From Sphaeroforma arctica JP610 (lineage: Eukaryota): a stretch of 33,930 nt of DNA. Made by a program: the position numbers and the translations under genes. The DNA lies in contig NW_014040218.1 in NCBI RefSeq assembly GCF_001186125.1, forward strand, positions 20,926-54,855. Direction: 5' to 3'. The notes below the pieces were generated by a model, which made no database searches, was not told the DNA's origin, and was given only the letters and a program-made list of their open reading frames with translations. Shown piece after piece: positions 31,273 through 33,930 of this stretch. How positions within the stretch are numbered: the first letter of the stretch is position 1; each line of letters opens with the position of its first letter.

Positions 31273-33208
31273 AACATACCTGGACTATGTGCCATCGAAA
31301 AAGTAAACTACTCACACCGAGTATCACAACGTACACGTGCTTGGACATGTATGATGATAGTTTAGGTCTGGACGATATATACTTACTGAAATGGCCGATA
31401 GCGAGAGTACAGAAACGCGCGAGAACATATCCCAGCACCAATGTGATTTATACGGGCATATATGTTCAAGGTAAAGATATGTCATGTATAGTATGGGAGA
31501 GTATCTGTACATACAAGCATTTATTCACTCCGTACAAGCATCTATTCACTGTTAACTTAACTTTAACTTAACTTTTGCCGAACAATAAGTATGCACATAC
31601 CATAAGCGAATGGCTTAAGATGTGTAAGTAAATCTCGGGTGCATACATTCAATGACGTCGGCACGGCACCTTACCGGAATTGAATAACCGTTGCAATGAA
31701 AAGACTCTGTGTTGTATGTTTCTCAGCTAGATCGCCATTTTATATTGACATGAATATTTATATAAATATATATAAGTATATATATATATATATATACATG
31801 TATATGTATATATATATACTATTTTATTTATATATAATATGTATGTATATATATATATACGCATGTATGTATGCATTTATGTACTTATGTATGTATGTAT
31901 GTATGTATGAGTTTATTTTTTTACTATTGTATAAAACTGAACGACAAGAAATAAATAGTATTTTTTTAATAGTATATACCAATGACATTTATAATTCATC
32001 ATTTTATAAAAATCGCGGAATGTTAAAAAAGTAATTCCTTATTAAATTAGAATAAAACACAAACATACTATTTGAGAGTGTGTGTGGCCGTGTGTCTCTC
32101 TCTCTCTGAGACTCTGACTCTGACTCTATTTACTATATAAAAAAATAGTATTTAGTAGAGAGTAAAGACAAGTAGAGAGTCTCTATGACAGACATACAGA
32201 GTATCTATTTTAATATATGTGTAAATAGTGTACAGTTGGTACTTGGTACACTCAGTCACTCACGTCTCACACTGTAAAGTTAAAAAATAAACAGAGTCAC
32301 TGGTCACACCGTCACACATAAATAGCCTCCTATTATAAAAAAAATAGAACACACACGATGACATAATTTTAAAAATAAAAAATAAAAATAAAAAATAGGA
32401 AGGACCATCCCCCCCCCCATAATTTTATTGTCACAATACTTTCATCGAGAGAAACTGGAAAGACTTTCAAGAGTTCAGACTCTTGTTGTGAGTGTCAGTG
32501 ACTTAGGCCTAAGCCTCAGGCTCTCATCAGCTGTGTCGCAGGCAGTCCCACTTCACCTTCACAGTTCACAGTTCACACACACCGATCAACTTCACACTTC
32601 ACACTGTTCAAACTTCGAAGTGTTGCTCACTAATAATATCCTCCCTTCATCAGTCTTCAGGAATAATTTAAATATATATATACTTGTGATTTTATTCTAT
32701 TTTACGCTTTATTGTTTTATTTAGTACATAGTAGTAGGCTATGTTTTTTTTTATCGATACCAACACACAAGAGAGAGAGAGAGAGTCAGAGAGGGCAAAA
32801 AGTTTTAAATATGTTTTTAAAAATAACAGGGGTGCCTCGCTCACGCTGGCCTCGAAAAAAGTTTTACTATTTACTATAAAAAAAACCTGCTATAAAAAAA
32901 AGTTTTCAGGACTCCGTGAGACTCTGTGAGAAAGGCATTAGACTGAATTCCGTCCCAAATACGTGAGCTTATTGGTAGAAGGTGCGCGATAAGTGGCACA
33001 TACTCTACACACCCGCACACGAACCCGCACACACAAACACATACACGTAGACACACACATACACACGTGTACACATACGCGCCCACACACATACACACAT
33101 AAACACACACACATACCCATACACACATACAACCGCGCACACATAGACCACACACACAGGTATACACTCATTCCCACATTCATACTTACAAATACACAGA
33201 CACACGGC

Positions 33209-33407
33209 ATGGGTGTTAAACAATCCAAGCATGCAACAGTGCGCAAACTGGAACGGCGCCCTGGGGGCACCGCCATGGAAAAAAATGAAAGAGAGTTTAA
33301 CGTGACAGTAAATATTCCTGAGCAGGAAGGGGTGTTGAAGCTACCAGTGGTCGAGGGCACTGAACGGACCGAGATAACTCCAGAGAGACTACGGCAAATA
33401 TCGAAAG
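33209..33407 (+). CDS. Probable first coding exon of a gene extending beyond the window; unknown protein with N-myristoylation-like start
   Basis: A non-repetitive, protein-like 66-codon stretch [17 protein letters not shown]...RLRQISK between CA and TA microsatellites. It ends at a possible AAG|GCATGT donor. The next exon could not be fixed. Confidence 0.5.
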
Positions 33408-33592
33408 GCATGTGTGGGAATCTGTATAGAAGTGTTAATGATCAGGATGTATATATATCCGATTTATATTCCGTGCATACTCTAGCTACACGTTCAAACT
33501 TGGTCGCTGTGCACTATTTCACTCGAAAACACTCGCATACACGCTTTTGTGCACACACGCACACAAACACGCATACAGACATACAGACACGT

Positions 33593-33765
<173 letters not shown>

Positions 33766-33930
33766 GTCTACAGCTAAGCATGTAGTTACTCGATGAACTT
33801 GCCTAGCTGTAGATACCACAAAGTTGGATTCGTGGGCCCGATACCTTCGTTGACAAAAGTTTTAAGAGGCATGACTGGTGGGTTCTATCTATATGGAGAG
33901 GCCGCGTGGGGACCCTTAACAAGGCACACA

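Overview
Intron-rich eukaryotic genomic DNA with GT-AG introns, (TA)n/(CA)n microsatellites and one 431-N assembly gap. A unicellular holozoan such as an ichthyosporean is my guess, not something the sequence proves. Manual splicing gives seven protein-coding loci: (1) a 5'-partial AlkB-family 2OG-Fe(II) dioxygenase (+, 157-3372); (2) an IAH1-like SGNH esterase (-, 4333-5160); (3) a two-exon Cys-rich type I membrane protein whose short cytoplasmic tail has integrin-beta-like paired NPxF/NPxY motifs (+, 9921-12327); (4) a TRA2/SR45a-like RRM splicing factor with candidate duplicated 15-nt microexons (-, 13796-18743); (5) a mitochondrion-targeted class I (Fe-S) fumarate hydratase broken by the gap (+, 21397-25545); (6) a single-ORF Ser/Thr kinase with a 144-aa activation segment that may contain an in-frame intron (+, 28810-31272); and (7) a probable first exon at 33209. 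Between genes lie a truncated IS630/Tc1-like transposase, a 1.15-kb element with ~210-bp terminal inverted repeats, a Harbinger/Tourist-like MITE and many minisatellites, several centred on splice sites. I found no rRNA, tRNA or CRISPR array. Most short ORFs in the track are artefacts. All homology calls come from motif recognition; no database search was run.
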